A DNA stretch of 64,000 nucleotides from assembly GCA_041650755.1 (NCBI GenBank), contig JBAZKN010000003.1:86466-150465 (forward strand), given 5' to 3'. How positions within the stretch are numbered: position 1 is the stretch's first letter; each line of letters starts with the position of its first letter. Source of the stretch: Patescibacteria group bacterium. Its GTDB lineage: Bacteria > Patescibacteriota > Patescibacteriia > UBA1558 > GWA2-36-10. The notes beneath the pieces are model-generated. The model saw only the letters and a list, made by a program, of their open reading frames with translations, did not search any database and had not been told where the DNA came from. Positions 1 through 10,100 of this stretch are shown here, one piece after another. A program made the translations under genes and the position numbers.

Positions 1-1308
1 AATCTCCCTAACTAAATCATCCAGCTGCCCCCGACTAGAGCGCACCTCTACACCGGGATCCAAAATGTAAGTAGGTCTGATCAATTGTTCAACTACTGCT
101 TGCGATCGCCGTAGTTCATAATCTGCCGGCGTAGCCGAAGCATAGATCACCTGCTTGATATTTTGCTCAAACTCTTGAAAGGTAAGGGGCCGATTATCAT
201 AAGCGGCCTTGAGTCTAAAACCAAAATCAACCAAATTTTGCTTTCTGGCCCTATCGCCATTATACATACCCGAGATCTGCGGCAGGGTAATGTGCGACTC
301 ATCAATAATCAACAAAAAATCATCGGGAAAATAATCTATCAAACTATTGGGCGGGTCGCCCACGCTGCGACCATCAAAATAACGCGAATAGTTTTCAATG
401 CCATTACAATAGCCGGTTTCCTGGATCATTTCCAAATCATTGTTGACCCTGATTTTTAGCCTCTCAGCCTCTAAAATCTTTTTCTTCTTCTCTAGGGCCG
501 CCACTTCCCGCTTCATATCCTGACGGATAGTCTCCAGGATGCCAGCTATGTTTTCTTGGTGGGTAAAAAAATGCTTAGCTGGAAAAATTTGTGCTTGGTT
601 GATCCGGCTGATTGTCTGGCGACTAAAAATATTGATAATTTCCAGATTCTCCAAAACATCTCCATGAAAAAACAAGCGATAAAATTCGCGTTCTTGCCCG
701 GAAGCAAAAATCTCTATCACCTCTCCTTTGACAGTATAGTTCCCCCGCTGCAAAACCAGGTCATTGCGCTGATACTGGAGATTGTTTAAATTTTTTAATA
801 ATTTGAATCTGTTGTATTCCTTACCGACTTGCAAGTCAACTTTAAAATCCATATACTCGGCCGGGTTGCCTAAATTATATATGCAGGAAACCGAAGCCAC
901 AATCAAAACATCACGGCGGGTAAGCAGGCTCTGAGTGCTAGCATGACGCAAACGATCAATTTCTTCATTAATCTGGGTTTCTTTTTCTATATAGGTATCC
1001 GAAGCCGGCATATAGGCTTCTGGCTGATAATAATCATAGTATGAGACAAAATAATGCACAGCATTTTCCGGGAAAAAATCCTGAAATTCAGAAGCCAGTT
1101 GGGCAGCCAAAGTCTTATTGTGCGAAATCACCAAAGTAGGCCGTTGCACTTGGGCTATAACGTTGGCCATGGTAAAAGTCTTGCCAGACCCCGTCACACC
1201 CAAAAGCGTCTGTTCTTTATATCCCGACTTCAAGCCTTGGACCAATTTTTTTATAGCAATTGCTTGATCGCCGGCTGGTTTAAATTTTGAGCTTAATTTA
1301 AATTCCAT
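1..1308 (-). CDS. uvrB: Excinuclease ABC subunit B (UvrB), N-terminal ~435 aa; the gene runs off the window start
   Basis: Reverse-strand translation from the ATG at 1308 reads MEFKLSSKFKPAGDQAIAIKKLVQGLKSGYKEQTLLGVTGSGKTFTMANVIAQVQRPTLV... This is the UvrB N-terminus with the GSGKTFT Walker A motif. No stop codon occurs before position 1. The plus-strand small ORFs at 163-1290 are shadows of this gene. Confidence 0.85.
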   Translation of the reverse strand, partial: MEFKLSSKFKPAGDQAIAIKKLVQGLKSGYKEQTLLGVTGSGKTFTMANVIAQVQRPTLVISHNKTLAAQLASEFQDFFPENAVHYFVSYYDYYQPEAYMPASDTYIEKETQINEEIDRLRHASTQSLLTRRDVLIVASVSCIYNLGNPAEYMDFKVDLQVGKEYNRFKLLKNLNNLQYQRNDLVLQRGNYTVKGEVIEIFASGQEREFYRLFFHGDVLENLEIINIFSRQTISRINQAQIFPAKHFFTHQENIAGILETIRQDMKREVAALEKKKKILEAERLKIRVNNDLEMIQETGYCNGIENYSRYFDGRSVGDPPNSLIDYFPDDFLLIIDESHITLPQISGMYNGDRARKQNLVDFGFRLKAAYDNRPLTFQEFEQNIKQVIYASATPADYELRRSQAVVEQLIRPTYILDPGVEVRSSRGQLDDLVREI

Positions 1309-1391
1309 ATCCAAGGTATCATAATAGTTTTTTAGATTTGTGGCAAGCCTGACCAAAAACAAAAACAGCCAACTAATTGGCTGCTTTTAGC

Positions 1392-4298
1392 TTATTGAAC
1401 ATTAACAATAATTGAGGGGCTGGTAATAGCTTTGTCCGCCTGATCTTTGACCACCATATAAATCTTATAAACCCCCTTATCCAAACCCTGCCCCCACTGC
1501 ACCGACAAATTATTGCTGCTGGGATTCTCTAAATAATCAAACCATTGCGAACTATTGTTGCTCGGCATATAATAAAAATCTATTTTTTTGACGTTGCTAG
1601 GTTTATCCAGATTAAATTTTAAGGTCAAAGGCAGGTCGCTTTGACTGACATTGGCGCCATTGCTTGGCTCAAGCCAGACAATATTAAATTCACGGCTGGA
1701 GCTATCTAGCTGAAAATTAACATTGATAATGGCTGCACGAAAATTTTCCGCATCATCATAAACAACCGCTTTCAATTGATGACTGCCGTTACTGACAAAG
1801 GGATCCGTCTGATAATTAAAGCTATAAGGCGCTGTTTGGCTTTCGCCAATCTTTTTATCATCCAAATAATACTCAACTCGCCGTGTACCGCGCGGTCCAG
1901 AAGCCTGCACTTGAAAAATAATATTGCTCTGATTAATGGTCTGCCCTTCGCCTGGGTTCTGCCAGCTAATATTCGGCTGATCAGCTTGGGTATGGCTATC
2001 GTCGAGCTCGGTTGGCGGGCTGTCTGTACTGTAGCCATTATCTTTGGCCCACTTAGCGACTGGCGCCTCCCAAGAGCTATATTGCGGATCACTGTCTGGA
2101 TTATCCGGAGCTGGTCCCAAAGGATCATTAATGTTTACATAATATAAAATATTGTGTATTTCGCTATATTTCCTCTCTTCGATCTCTGATGGCGGAGTAA
2201 GGTCAGTAGCTAATTTACCATTAAGTTTGTTTACTTTCACAGTGGTCTCTTGAGCCAGCTGGCCACAAATCATAGCCTTACTGCAAGACTCAAGCTCTTC
2301 GGTCTTGAGGCTCGTCGCTGGTATCTTGCTCGTCACCTCGCGCATAAACCTGTTCCAAATCGGAGCAGCTACCACCGAGCCATCAGCCCCCCTTTTCATG
2401 GCCTTATTGTCACTATTGCCAACCCAGACACCGGCAGCTATATCTGGCGTAAAGCCCATGGTCCAAGCATCATGATAATCGTTGGTAGTACCGGTTTTGG
2501 CTGCTACTGGCCTATCGGGCAAAGTCAAATAATTACTTTCCCCAAAAATAAAGGCCCGGGCTGAATTATCAGACATAACATCAGCCAATATTCTAACAAA
2601 CTTTTTATCAATCACGCGCCGACCCTTATTTTCTTTACTTTCTTCAATAACATTGCCCTTGGGATCTTCAACTTCCAAAATGGCAATGCTGTCAGAATAA
2701 ATGCCCTCTCTGGCAAGGGCTGCGTAAGCATTGGTGTGCTCCAATAATTTTACCTCTCCGCCGCCCAAAACCAAAGACAAACCATATCTATCCCTGTCTT
2801 TCAAGGTAGTGTAGCCAAAATCAGCCACTAGCTTCAATACGTTATCTAAACCAGCTAGGTACAAGGTCTTCACGGCCGGAATATTGAGAGAGCCGGCTAG
2901 AGCCTGACGCATAGAAACTATACCATGCTCTTTACCATCATAATTTGGCGGCTCGTATGGCGTGCCATCAGCCTTGACACCGAATTTGGTTCTTAAGTCA
3001 AACAATAAAGTATCGGGTCTAAAACCTTGGGTAAAGGCTGTCAGATAAACAAAGGGCTTTAGCGAGCTGCCTGGTTGTCTGGGGGCCAGAGCCACGTTGA
3101 CCTGGCCATCAATATTATCATCAAAATAATCTTTCGAGCCAACCATGGCTTTGATCTCACCGCTATTCACATCAATGGCCACTAAGGAAGCATTACCAGC
3201 ATCATACTTTTCTAAATTTTTTGGGACCTGATCGTTAATGACTTTTTCAGCGACTTGCTGCATATCCCAATCTAAGGAAGTGGTTATCTTCCAGCCGCCC
3301 TGCTCAACATTATTGGTGCCGTATTTTTCTTCTAATAGGTCTTTGACATACATGACAAAATGCGGAGCCAACATGTTTTCTGCTCGTTTTTTAAAATTCA
3401 GTGGTTCTTGCTTGGCTGATTCAGCTTCTTCTTTGGTAATGTAGCCCTGCTCAACCATCATATTCAAAACTAAATGTTGTCGATTAATCAATTTATCTTT
3501 ATTATTACCATAAGGGGAATAATATGATGGCGCTTGTGGCAAGGCAGCCAGAACAGTCGCTTCTGCTAAAGTCAAATCTTTGGCAGACTTATCGAAATAA
3601 GAGTGCGCGGCCGATTCAATCCCATAGGCCGAACCGCCATAAGGAATCTCGTTGAAATATAATTGCAAAATTTCATCCTTGCCATATTTCTTTTCGATCT
3701 GATAGGACAAAATCCATTCTTTAATTTTCCTGGAAATCCGGCGCTCATTAGTCAAAATAGCATTTTTGACGAATTGCTGAGTCAGAGTAGACCCGCCCTG
3801 CACCCTTTCGCCTTTGACTGCCTGCAAAAAGAGGCCGCGGATAATGCCACGAATAGAAATGCCGCCGTGCTCATAAAAATCTTTGTCTTCAATGGCAATC
3901 GTCGCTTCAGTAATATATTTTGGTAAATCTTTTATTGATACCAGCGTGCGCTGTTCTGGACCATGCACCTCATAAAGTAATTTTTCGCCTGTCCGGTCAT
4001 AAATCTTAGTGCTTAAAGGCACGCTTCTGTCCATAATCTTATTTGGGTCAGGTAAATCCTTGGAGTAATAAGCTGCAGCGCCAACCAAAATAATGCCCCC
4101 CAACAGTATTAGGCCAATCAAATATGGAAAAAAACGCCAAAACCAAGGTCGCTGTTTTTTTTGCTTAGGTTTGGGAGCATAAAATAAATCATGGCCGGAT
4201 TTAGGGGCTGGTCGCTTTTGACCTAATGGGTGGCTGGTAAAGCCGCTGCCCCCAAAAGATCTACGCTTAAAAGTTGTTTTGAGTTGTGGTATCGGCAT
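1392..4298 (-). CDS. Class A penicillin-binding protein (PBP1A-type bifunctional transglycosylase/transpeptidase) with a C-terminal repeat extension
   Basis: 968 aa with an N-terminal TM anchor. It carries GT51 motifs (EDKDFYEHGGISIRGIIRG, QGGSTLTQQ), the transpeptidase SLKPF (SxxK) motif and KTGTT. About 250 extra C-terminal residues form two Ig/FN3-like repeats. Confidence 0.85.
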   Translation of the reverse strand: MPIPQLKTTFKRRSFGGSGFTSHPLGQKRPAPKSGHDLFYAPKPKQKKQRPWFWRFFPYLIGLILLGGIILVGAAAYYSKDLPDPNKIMDRSVPLSTKIYDRTGEKLLYEVHGPEQRTLVSIKDLPKYITEATIAIEDKDFYEHGGISIRGIIRGLFLQAVKGERVQGGSTLTQQFVKNAILTNERRISRKIKEWILSYQIEKKYGKDEILQLYFNEIPYGGSAYGIESAAHSYFDKSAKDLTLAEATVLAALPQAPSYYSPYGNNKDKLINRQHLVLNMMVEQGYITKEEAESAKQEPLNFKKRAENMLAPHFVMYVKDLLEEKYGTNNVEQGGWKITTSLDWDMQQVAEKVINDQVPKNLEKYDAGNASLVAIDVNSGEIKAMVGSKDYFDDNIDGQVNVALAPRQPGSSLKPFVYLTAFTQGFRPDTLLFDLRTKFGVKADGTPYEPPNYDGKEHGIVSMRQALAGSLNIPAVKTLYLAGLDNVLKLVADFGYTTLKDRDRYGLSLVLGGGEVKLLEHTNAYAALAREGIYSDSIAILEVEDPKGNVIEESKENKGRRVIDKKFVRILADVMSDNSARAFIFGESNYLTLPDRPVAAKTGTTNDYHDAWTMGFTPDIAAGVWVGNSDNKAMKRGADGSVVAAPIWNRFMREVTSKIPATSLKTEELESCSKAMICGQLAQETTVKVNKLNGKLATDLTPPSEIEERKYSEIHNILYYVNINDPLGPAPDNPDSDPQYSSWEAPVAKWAKDNGYSTDSPPTELDDSHTQADQPNISWQNPGEGQTINQSNIIFQVQASGPRGTRRVEYYLDDKKIGESQTAPYSFNYQTDPFVSNGSHQLKAVVYDDAENFRAAIINVNFQLDSSSREFNIVWLEPSNGANVSQSDLPLTLKFNLDKPSNVKKIDFYYMPSNNSSQWFDYLENPSSNNLSVQWGQGLDKGVYKIYMVVKDQADKAITSPSIIVNVQ

Positions 4299-4581
4299 GT
4301 CCCCGAAAATAACAAATGAATAAACTTATAATTACTAAATATGCTGCAAAATATTGCCAAACTGCTTCTAATGAGATGCAGTATTTGAATTATAACAGAA
4401 ATAGGCTATAATTTGAATGTATTAGCTGATGGCAAATAGCCCATGGCTTATGACTATTAGTTAATAACATTTTGACCTATAACTATATACTTAATTTGAA
4501 ATTAATATTAATCAAAATAGCTTTTGTTTATACTCTATGGCCTAAACCATAGGCGATAAGCTATGAGCTATTAGCGATAAC

Positions 4582-5790
4582 ATGGCTAAAATTAACACAG
4601 ATCAAGTAAAAATTCAAGAAATATTGACTCGGGGTGTGGAAAATATTTACCCCAATAAAGAGTACCTAAAAAAATTGTTAAGCTCGGGAAAACAATTGTC
4701 TTTGTACTTAGGTATTGACCCCACTGGCCCAAGCCTACACTTGGGGCATGCTATCAATTTAGAAAAATTGCGCCAATTTCAAGCTTTGGGCCACAAAATC
4801 ATATTACTAATCGGGGATTTCACTGGTACAGTAGGCGACCCAACTGATAAATCAGCTGTCAGAAAAGCCCTGACTAGAGCAGAAGTTCTTAATAATGCCA
4901 GAGATTATAAAAAACAGGCCAGTCGGGTGCTTAATTTTTCCGGCAACAATAAGGCAGAAATAAAATTTAACAGCACCTGGCAAAATAAAATGAACTTCGC
5001 TCAAGTTTTGGATGTGGCGAAAAATTTTACTGTCCAACGCCTCCTGGAAAGAGATATGTTTCAAGAACGACTCAAGTCTGCCCGACCAATATACTTGCAT
5101 GAATTTATGTATCCGGTCTTGCAGGCCTATGATTGCGTGGCTATGGGTGTGGATGGCGAGCTTGGCGGTAATGATCAAACTTTCAACATGCTGGCCGGCC
5201 GCGAGCTTATGAAGACCTTGAAAAACAAAGAAAAATTTGTTATAACCATGAAGTTGCTCACTGACTCAAGTGGTAAAAAAATGGGCAAAACCGAAAACAA
5301 TATGGCTGCCTTATCAGATACGCCCCAAGATATGTTTGGTAAAATTATGTCCTGGACTGACAATATGATTGTTCCGGGTTTTGAGCTTTGCACTAGGGTA
5401 GCAATATCTGAAATCAAACAAATCGAAAAAGACCTTAAGTCTGGTAAAAATCCTCGAGATCTAAAATTTACTTTAGCTATGGAGATTGTTGAAATCTATT
5501 TTGGCGAAAATGCTGCCCAAAAAGCCGGACAAGAATTCACTAATATTTTTGCCAAAAAAGAAAACCCCTTAGATATTCCTGAATTTGCTATCAAAACTGG
5601 CAAAATAAACCCAGCTGATTTATTGATGCTAATGTCTTTGGTTGGTTCTAAATCAGAAGCTAGACGCTTGGTTGATGGCGGCGGCATGAAGATAAACCAT
5701 GCTAAAATTGCAGCTTGGGATAAAGATATAGAAATAAAATCAGGTGATGTGGTACAGGCTGGCAAGAGAAAATTCGGCAAGGTCAAATAA
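4582..5790 (+). CDS. tyrS: Tyrosyl-tRNA synthetase
   Basis: 402 aa with a HIGH-type motif (LHLGHA), a KMSKS-type motif (KKMGKT) and a C-terminal S4 RNA-binding domain (ARRLVDGGGMKINHAKI). Confidence 0.85.
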   Translation: MAKINTDQVKIQEILTRGVENIYPNKEYLKKLLSSGKQLSLYLGIDPTGPSLHLGHAINLEKLRQFQALGHKIILLIGDFTGTVGDPTDKSAVRKALTRAEVLNNARDYKKQASRVLNFSGNNKAEIKFNSTWQNKMNFAQVLDVAKNFTVQRLLERDMFQERLKSARPIYLHEFMYPVLQAYDCVAMGVDGELGGNDQTFNMLAGRELMKTLKNKEKFVITMKLLTDSSGKKMGKTENNMAALSDTPQDMFGKIMSWTDNMIVPGFELCTRVAISEIKQIEKDLKSGKNPRDLKFTLAMEIVEIYFGENAAQKAGQEFTNIFAKKENPLDIPEFAIKTGKINPADLLMLMSLVGSKSEARRLVDGGGMKINHAKIAAWDKDIEIKSGDVVQAGKRKFGKVK

Positions 5791-5798
5791 AAAAACAC

Positions 5799-5888
5799 AT
5801 GATACCAATAATAATTATTATAGTGGTAATTGTCCTGATCGGCGGAGCTGTTTTGCTAGGTGCTAAAGAAGACCAAGGAAAAAAATAG
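5799..5888 (+). CDS. Possible 29-aa hydrophobic micro-protein (MIPIIIIIVVIVLIGGAVLLGAKEDQGKK)
   Basis: Short ORF between tyrS and the antiporter gene. It encodes a single TM helix, has no clear RBS, and may be spurious. Confidence 0.2.
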   Translation: MIPIIIIIVVIVLIGGAVLLGAKEDQGKK

Positions 5889-5894
5889 TAAACT

Positions 5895-6824
5895 ATGCTG
5901 CAAAATTTACTTATCCTAGCTGTCGCGCTATTTTTTGTTATCAAGGGAGCGGTGCTGGCTACTAAATATGCCGCTCGTTTAGCAAAAAATTTCCAGCTAT
6001 CAAAATACGTCGTTGGCTTCATTGTTGTAGCCATTATTTCAATATTGCCGGAAACCTTTATCGCCATCAATGCTTCCTTAAGTGGCCTGCCGGCTTTTGG
6101 CTTAGGTACATTATTTGGCTCCAACGTAGCTGATCTGACTTTAGTATTTGCTATTATCATCTGGCTGTCCGGTAGAAATATAAAAATTGAAAGTCGAATA
6201 TTAAAAAACAACATCATTTATCCCTTTTTATTTATTATCCCTCTGGTCCTAGGGTTTGATGGCCACTATTCGCGCCTAGAGGGGGCAACCCTCATCATAG
6301 CTGGCATAATATTTTATTATTTCGCTTTCAAAAATAGCCACCAAAAAACAGAGAAAGTGAAAGATGCGGACCACCCCTATAAAAACTCCCTGCTCTTGAT
6401 ATTCAGTATGGCTATATTGTTGGTAGGCTCGCATTTTACTGTCATATCAGCGACTGACCTAGCGCAAAACCTGGGCGTCACGCCAATACTCATTGGCATG
6501 TTGATTGTCGGCATAGGCACGACTATGCCCGAGATGCTTTTTTCATTGCAAGCAGTCCGGAGGCATAATGACTCTCTGGCAGTCGGCGATATTTTGGGTA
6601 CAGTCTTAGCTGATGCTACTGTAGTAGTCGGCATCATTGCCCTGATCCAACCCTTCTTCTTCCCGATAAAAATAATCTATGTCACCGGAGTTTTTATGTT
6701 GCTGGCCACTTTTGCCTTATCTTATTTTATGCACACTGGTAAAGTGATTTCTAAAAAGGAGGCTTTTTTATTACTGGGATTTTGGCTGATATTCGTCTTG
6801 ACTGAATATTTGGTTAATCGATAA
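5895..6824 (+). CDS. Ca2+/cation antiporter (CaCA family, YrbG-like Na+/Ca2+ exchanger)
   Basis: 309 aa polytopic membrane protein with two alpha-repeat motifs (GLGTLFGSNVADL and GDILGTVLADATVV) typical of CaCA exchangers. Confidence 0.75.
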   Translation: MLQNLLILAVALFFVIKGAVLATKYAARLAKNFQLSKYVVGFIVVAIISILPETFIAINASLSGLPAFGLGTLFGSNVADLTLVFAIIIWLSGRNIKIESRILKNNIIYPFLFIIPLVLGFDGHYSRLEGATLIIAGIIFYYFAFKNSHQKTEKVKDADHPYKNSLLLIFSMAILLVGSHFTVISATDLAQNLGVTPILIGMLIVGIGTTMPEMLFSLQAVRRHNDSLAVGDILGTVLADATVVVGIIALIQPFFFPIKIIYVTGVFMLLATFALSYFMHTGKVISKKEAFLLLGFWLIFVLTEYLVNR

Positions 6825-6848
6825 TTTTAGCTAATATTAGACAAAAAA

Positions 6849-6878
6849 TAGAGGATGCTAACCTCCTATTTTTTTTAA
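6849..6878 (+). terminator. Hairpin plus T8 terminator downstream of the antiporter gene
   Basis: Sequence aatagaggatgctaacctcctatttttttt forms a short GC stem (gagg/cctc) followed by a run of 8 T. Confidence 0.45.
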
Positions 6879-6882
6879 TTTA

Positions 6883-7041
6883 TTGACAATAGATTGACTA
6901 TGTATATAAAAAATGATAAAACACCAAGATACCTCAACAATGAAGGGGGGTGTTCTATGAAAGTAAAGGTCTGGTCTCGCGTAATCGGGTGACGCTCGGG
7001 GTAAAATGCTGTCTTGCATCAGTACTTCGCCCCGATTTTTT
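6883..7041 (+). ncRNA. Candidate orphan transcription unit or small RNA (promoter TTGACA-16-TATAAA to intrinsic terminator), about 130 nt
   Basis: -35 TTGACA at 6883-6888 and -10 TATAAA at 6905-6910. The terminator is cgggg...(atgc tgtctt gcat)...ccccg followed by T6 at 6997-7041. No downstream plus-strand gene exists, since the next gene is convergent. It contains only a 15-codon ORF. Confidence 0.3.
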
Positions 7042-7054
7042 AATATTTATTAAT

Positions 7055-7993
7055 CTAATACCGCCCTAAACCCTGTCTATAAAATCTAGCTGCCTCCTCT
7101 GGGGCAATCGGATTAATGATCAGACCCGAACCAATCTCTACTCCGGCCCAGACCGAACCCCGGGGCACAATCTTCATATAAAGATGTTGATCTTCATCAT
7201 GAATCACCTGATGAAAATAATAATTGTAAGGCAAATTTAGCTGGCTGATTTTTTTCAGGCTGTGTTTTAATATTTTTGCCCAAGACAGGCGCTCAAGCCT
7301 GGTCAGTTGAGTGATATTATCAATGTGCCGCTTGGGCATGATCCAAATCTCATAATTAAACGTAGAAGCATAGGGCGTAAAAGCAATAACGTGCTTATCC
7401 TGCCAGACAAAACGCGGACCCTTCTTTTCTTTTTTTATTACATCACAATAAACACAAGTGCCATTTTTTAGCTTATAAGCCTGCTGGCGCTGGGATTTGT
7501 CAGCCAAATGCGGCGGCAAAAAACTAGTGGCAAAAATCTGGCTGTGGGCATGCTGCAAACTGGCGCCAGCCGTACCGCCATTATTTTTGAAAATCAAAAT
7601 ATACTCTATTTTTTTATTTTTAGTAATAGTTTTGGTGCGCTCGGCATAAGCCATCAACAAATCCGCCAAATGGTCAACCGGCAAATCCTCAAGCTCCCTG
7701 ACATGGTCGGGTGTTTCAATCACCACCTCTTGCTGGCCATAAGCCTTGGGGTTATTCAAGGTCACGGCTGGATATTTATTTGGTCGGACAGCAATACGCC
7801 AATTTTTGGCTGGACCAACTTTATATAATAATTTTAAACCGGCTAGTTTTTTTGGACAAAACTGACAAGCCTCATCAAACTGCTTACTGGCCTGATTGGG
7901 GGCCACCGCTACATCATGCGGCCTCAGGGCTCGACGTGGAGCAATAATGACATATTTGTCTTGAATGTAATCTTTTCTAATTTCTGGGTGCAT
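7055..7993 (-). CDS. Galactose-1-phosphate uridylyltransferase-family nucleotidyltransferase (GalT-like, HIT superfamily)
   Basis: 312 aa with an N-terminal Cys pair (CQFCPKK) and a His-x-His-x-Gln active-site-like motif (LQHAHSQIF), as in the GalT family. Confidence 0.65.
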   Translation of the reverse strand: MHPEIRKDYIQDKYVIIAPRRALRPHDVAVAPNQASKQFDEACQFCPKKLAGLKLLYKVGPAKNWRIAVRPNKYPAVTLNNPKAYGQQEVVIETPDHVRELEDLPVDHLADLLMAYAERTKTITKNKKIEYILIFKNNGGTAGASLQHAHSQIFATSFLPPHLADKSQRQQAYKLKNGTCVYCDVIKKEKKGPRFVWQDKHVIAFTPYASTFNYEIWIMPKRHIDNITQLTRLERLSWAKILKHSLKKISQLNLPYNYYFHQVIHDEDQHLYMKIVPRGSVWAGVEIGSGLIINPIAPEEAARFYRQGLGRY

Positions 7994-7995
7994 AA

Positions 7996-9480
7996 TTATT
8001 TTAATAATTTTTGATAAAGTTCCATGTAGCTAACAGCTGATTTGCGCCACGACCAATCAATAGACATGGCTGATCCCATCATCTGGCTCATTTGTTTTTT
8101 ATTCTGATATAGCTTTTTGGCCTGATAAAGTGCCCGCTGCAAATCAGCCGCATTATGCTTTTTAAAAACTAAGCCATTGCGGCGATGCTTGACCGTATCT
8201 TTTAAGCCCCCCGTTGCCCTGACAATCGGCAAGCTGCCATAGCGCATAGCAATCATCTGACCTAAGCCACAAGGCTCAAAGCGCGATGGCATCAAAAAGA
8301 AATCAGTGGCTGCATAAATATTCTGCGCTAGCCCCAAATCAAAGCCAATCACAGCCGCCATCTGCTCTGGGTGTTTTTTGGCTAAACTTTTTATTTTTTC
8401 TTCAATGATTTTCTGGCCAGTACCCAAGATAAGCAACTGCCAATCTTTCTTGCTTAACATTTTCTCTATTGCTGGTAATAAAATATCAAAGCCTTTTTGA
8501 TCAACCAGCCGCGTGACAATGCCAAAAAGTGGCAGATCTCTGACCGGCAACTTTAATCTGGCCTGCAAGCGGCTTTTATTAAACTGCTTACCTGGCAGAG
8601 CCTGATCTTTGGAATACTTTTTATAAATATACTTATCTTTTTTGGGATCAAACAAATCAATATCAATACCGTTGAGTATGCCTAACAAATGCTTCCTGCG
8701 ACGCTGCAAATAGACCTCCAAATCTTCACCGTATTCTTTGGTTAAAATCTCTTTGGCATAACTTGGGCTGACAGTATTGATATAATCAGCGGATAAAATG
8801 CCAATTTTCATAAAATCTAAAACATTGCCATCTCGATCATAATAATCTTCCATAAGGGCCGGGGTCAAATCATGATGCAGACTAGCATAATCCAAAATAT
8901 CTAAAGGGGCCACGCCTTGATTAGCCAGATTATGGATAGTAAAAAGTGTTTTAATGTTGGGGAAATCCTGATGTTTGATACTATATTCATCTATATAGGT
9001 AGGCAGTAGAGCTGTATGCCAATCATGGCAATGCACAATATCTATTGGCCAATGCTTGGCATAAATAACTTCAGCTACCGCCTGACTGAAAATGGTGAAT
9101 CTCTCTACGTCAATATAGGTGCGGGTATAAGCACCATTAGATAAATACTTACGCGAACCAAAATAAATATTTGGACTATTAAATAATCTGTGTTTTACTA
9201 AATAAACTGGGATTTTACTATCAGGCAAAATAGTTTGGTATAAACTAAAATGTTCTTTAGCGCCTGCCGACTTCACCATTAAGTGCTGTGAAATCTTAAT
9301 TGTTTTATACTCATTGGTATTGATACTACCATAAAAAGGAATGATAATTTTTACATCAACCCCTGTCTTAGCTAATGCTTTGGGCAAAGCCCCTATGACA
9401 TCGCCCAAGCCGCCAACTTTAACCAGGGGCGCCAATTCTGCGCCAACAAATAAGACAGAAATTTTCTTTTTTTGTGGCAT
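7996..9480 (-). CDS. glgA: Glycogen/starch synthase (GT5, GlgA-type), paralog 1
   Basis: 494 aa. The N-terminal KVGGLGDV motif in LAPLVKVGGLGDVIGALPKALA is the ADP-glucose-binding signature of GlgA. It has the retaining GT-B architecture. Confidence 0.85.
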   Translation of the reverse strand: MPQKKKISVLFVGAELAPLVKVGGLGDVIGALPKALAKTGVDVKIIIPFYGSINTNEYKTIKISQHLMVKSAGAKEHFSLYQTILPDSKIPVYLVKHRLFNSPNIYFGSRKYLSNGAYTRTYIDVERFTIFSQAVAEVIYAKHWPIDIVHCHDWHTALLPTYIDEYSIKHQDFPNIKTLFTIHNLANQGVAPLDILDYASLHHDLTPALMEDYYDRDGNVLDFMKIGILSADYINTVSPSYAKEILTKEYGEDLEVYLQRRRKHLLGILNGIDIDLFDPKKDKYIYKKYSKDQALPGKQFNKSRLQARLKLPVRDLPLFGIVTRLVDQKGFDILLPAIEKMLSKKDWQLLILGTGQKIIEEKIKSLAKKHPEQMAAVIGFDLGLAQNIYAATDFFLMPSRFEPCGLGQMIAMRYGSLPIVRATGGLKDTVKHRRNGLVFKKHNAADLQRALYQAKKLYQNKKQMSQMMGSAMSIDWSWRKSAVSYMELYQKLLK

Positions 9481-9519
9481 GGAAAAAATTGTAGTAATAA
9501 TAATATATTATACCACAAT

Positions 9520-10098
9520 TTATTGTTCACCGATAAAATGTAGGATTTCTCCAATAATTTTTGGGTTGGGCAAAACCGATGAATCCAATAGCAAAACAGG
9601 CAGACTACTTTTTTTCAGCAAGTCCAGAAAAACTGTTTGCTGATGTAAATAGGCCCTGGGCTCTTGCGCGACTCGCTGATAATGCGGATAAAGATTTATC
9701 CGATCTTGTAAGCGTTTTTTTATCAGTTCCTCGTCTTCAGCAAAAGTGGTTAAAATAATCTTGGCACCAAGGGATGCCAGCCTTTTTTCTATTATTGAAA
9801 AGTCAAAAGCTTGGTTATTATATATCTGCTGATAAACCGCTTCACTAATGTGAAATTTCTCGATTAATAAATTTAATCCCGACAGCTCCTCAAATATTTC
9901 TACGTATTTATTTAAGGTTGCCTGGCCAAAGGCTGTGCCAAACAAGCCAACATCACAATTAAACCAATGGCAGCCATCCAAAATTCTGCCACCGCTATTA
10001 TATTTCGGCTCCAAAAAATTATAAACCTGGCTCATAACAAAACTCTTGCCAGATAATTCTGCTCCTTCGAAAATCAATTTATGTTTAGCTGACACCAT
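9520..10098 (-). CDS. Hypothetical P-loop kinase-like protein
   Basis: 192 aa with an N-terminal Walker A-like motif LIFEGAELSGKS. This resembles nucleoside or nucleotide kinases, but no further family assignment is possible by eye. Confidence 0.45.
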   Translation of the reverse strand: MVSAKHKLIFEGAELSGKSFVMSQVYNFLEPKYNSGGRILDGCHWFNCDVGLFGTAFGQATLNKYVEIFEELSGLNLLIEKFHISEAVYQQIYNNQAFDFSIIEKRLASLGAKIILTTFAEDEELIKKRLQDRINLYPHYQRVAQEPRAYLHQQTVFLDLLKKSSLPVLLLDSSVLPNPKIIGEILHFIGEQ

Positions 10099-10100
10099 TA

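Noticed and set aside
163-1290. Three plus-strand ORFs (98, 77 and 78 aa) at the window start
   Set aside because: They lie antisense within the clearly recognisable uvrB coding sequence on the minus strand (GVTGSGKTFT). They are shadow ORFs.
1772-2147. Overlapping plus and minus ORFs of about 120 aa inside the PBP1A gene
   Set aside because: They are alternative-frame or antisense artefacts within a 968-aa gene with unambiguous PBP motifs.
5783-6217. 144-aa minus-strand ORF
   Set aside because: It overlaps the well-supported CaCA antiporter gene on the opposite strand. Its sequence is low-complexity and poly-Ile.
6935-7041. Possibility that the orphan transcript is SRP (4.5S) RNA
   Set aside because: It has an AGGUCUGG-like segment, but the conserved domain IV GGAAGCAGCCA motif is absent. 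It is kept only as a generic small-RNA candidate.
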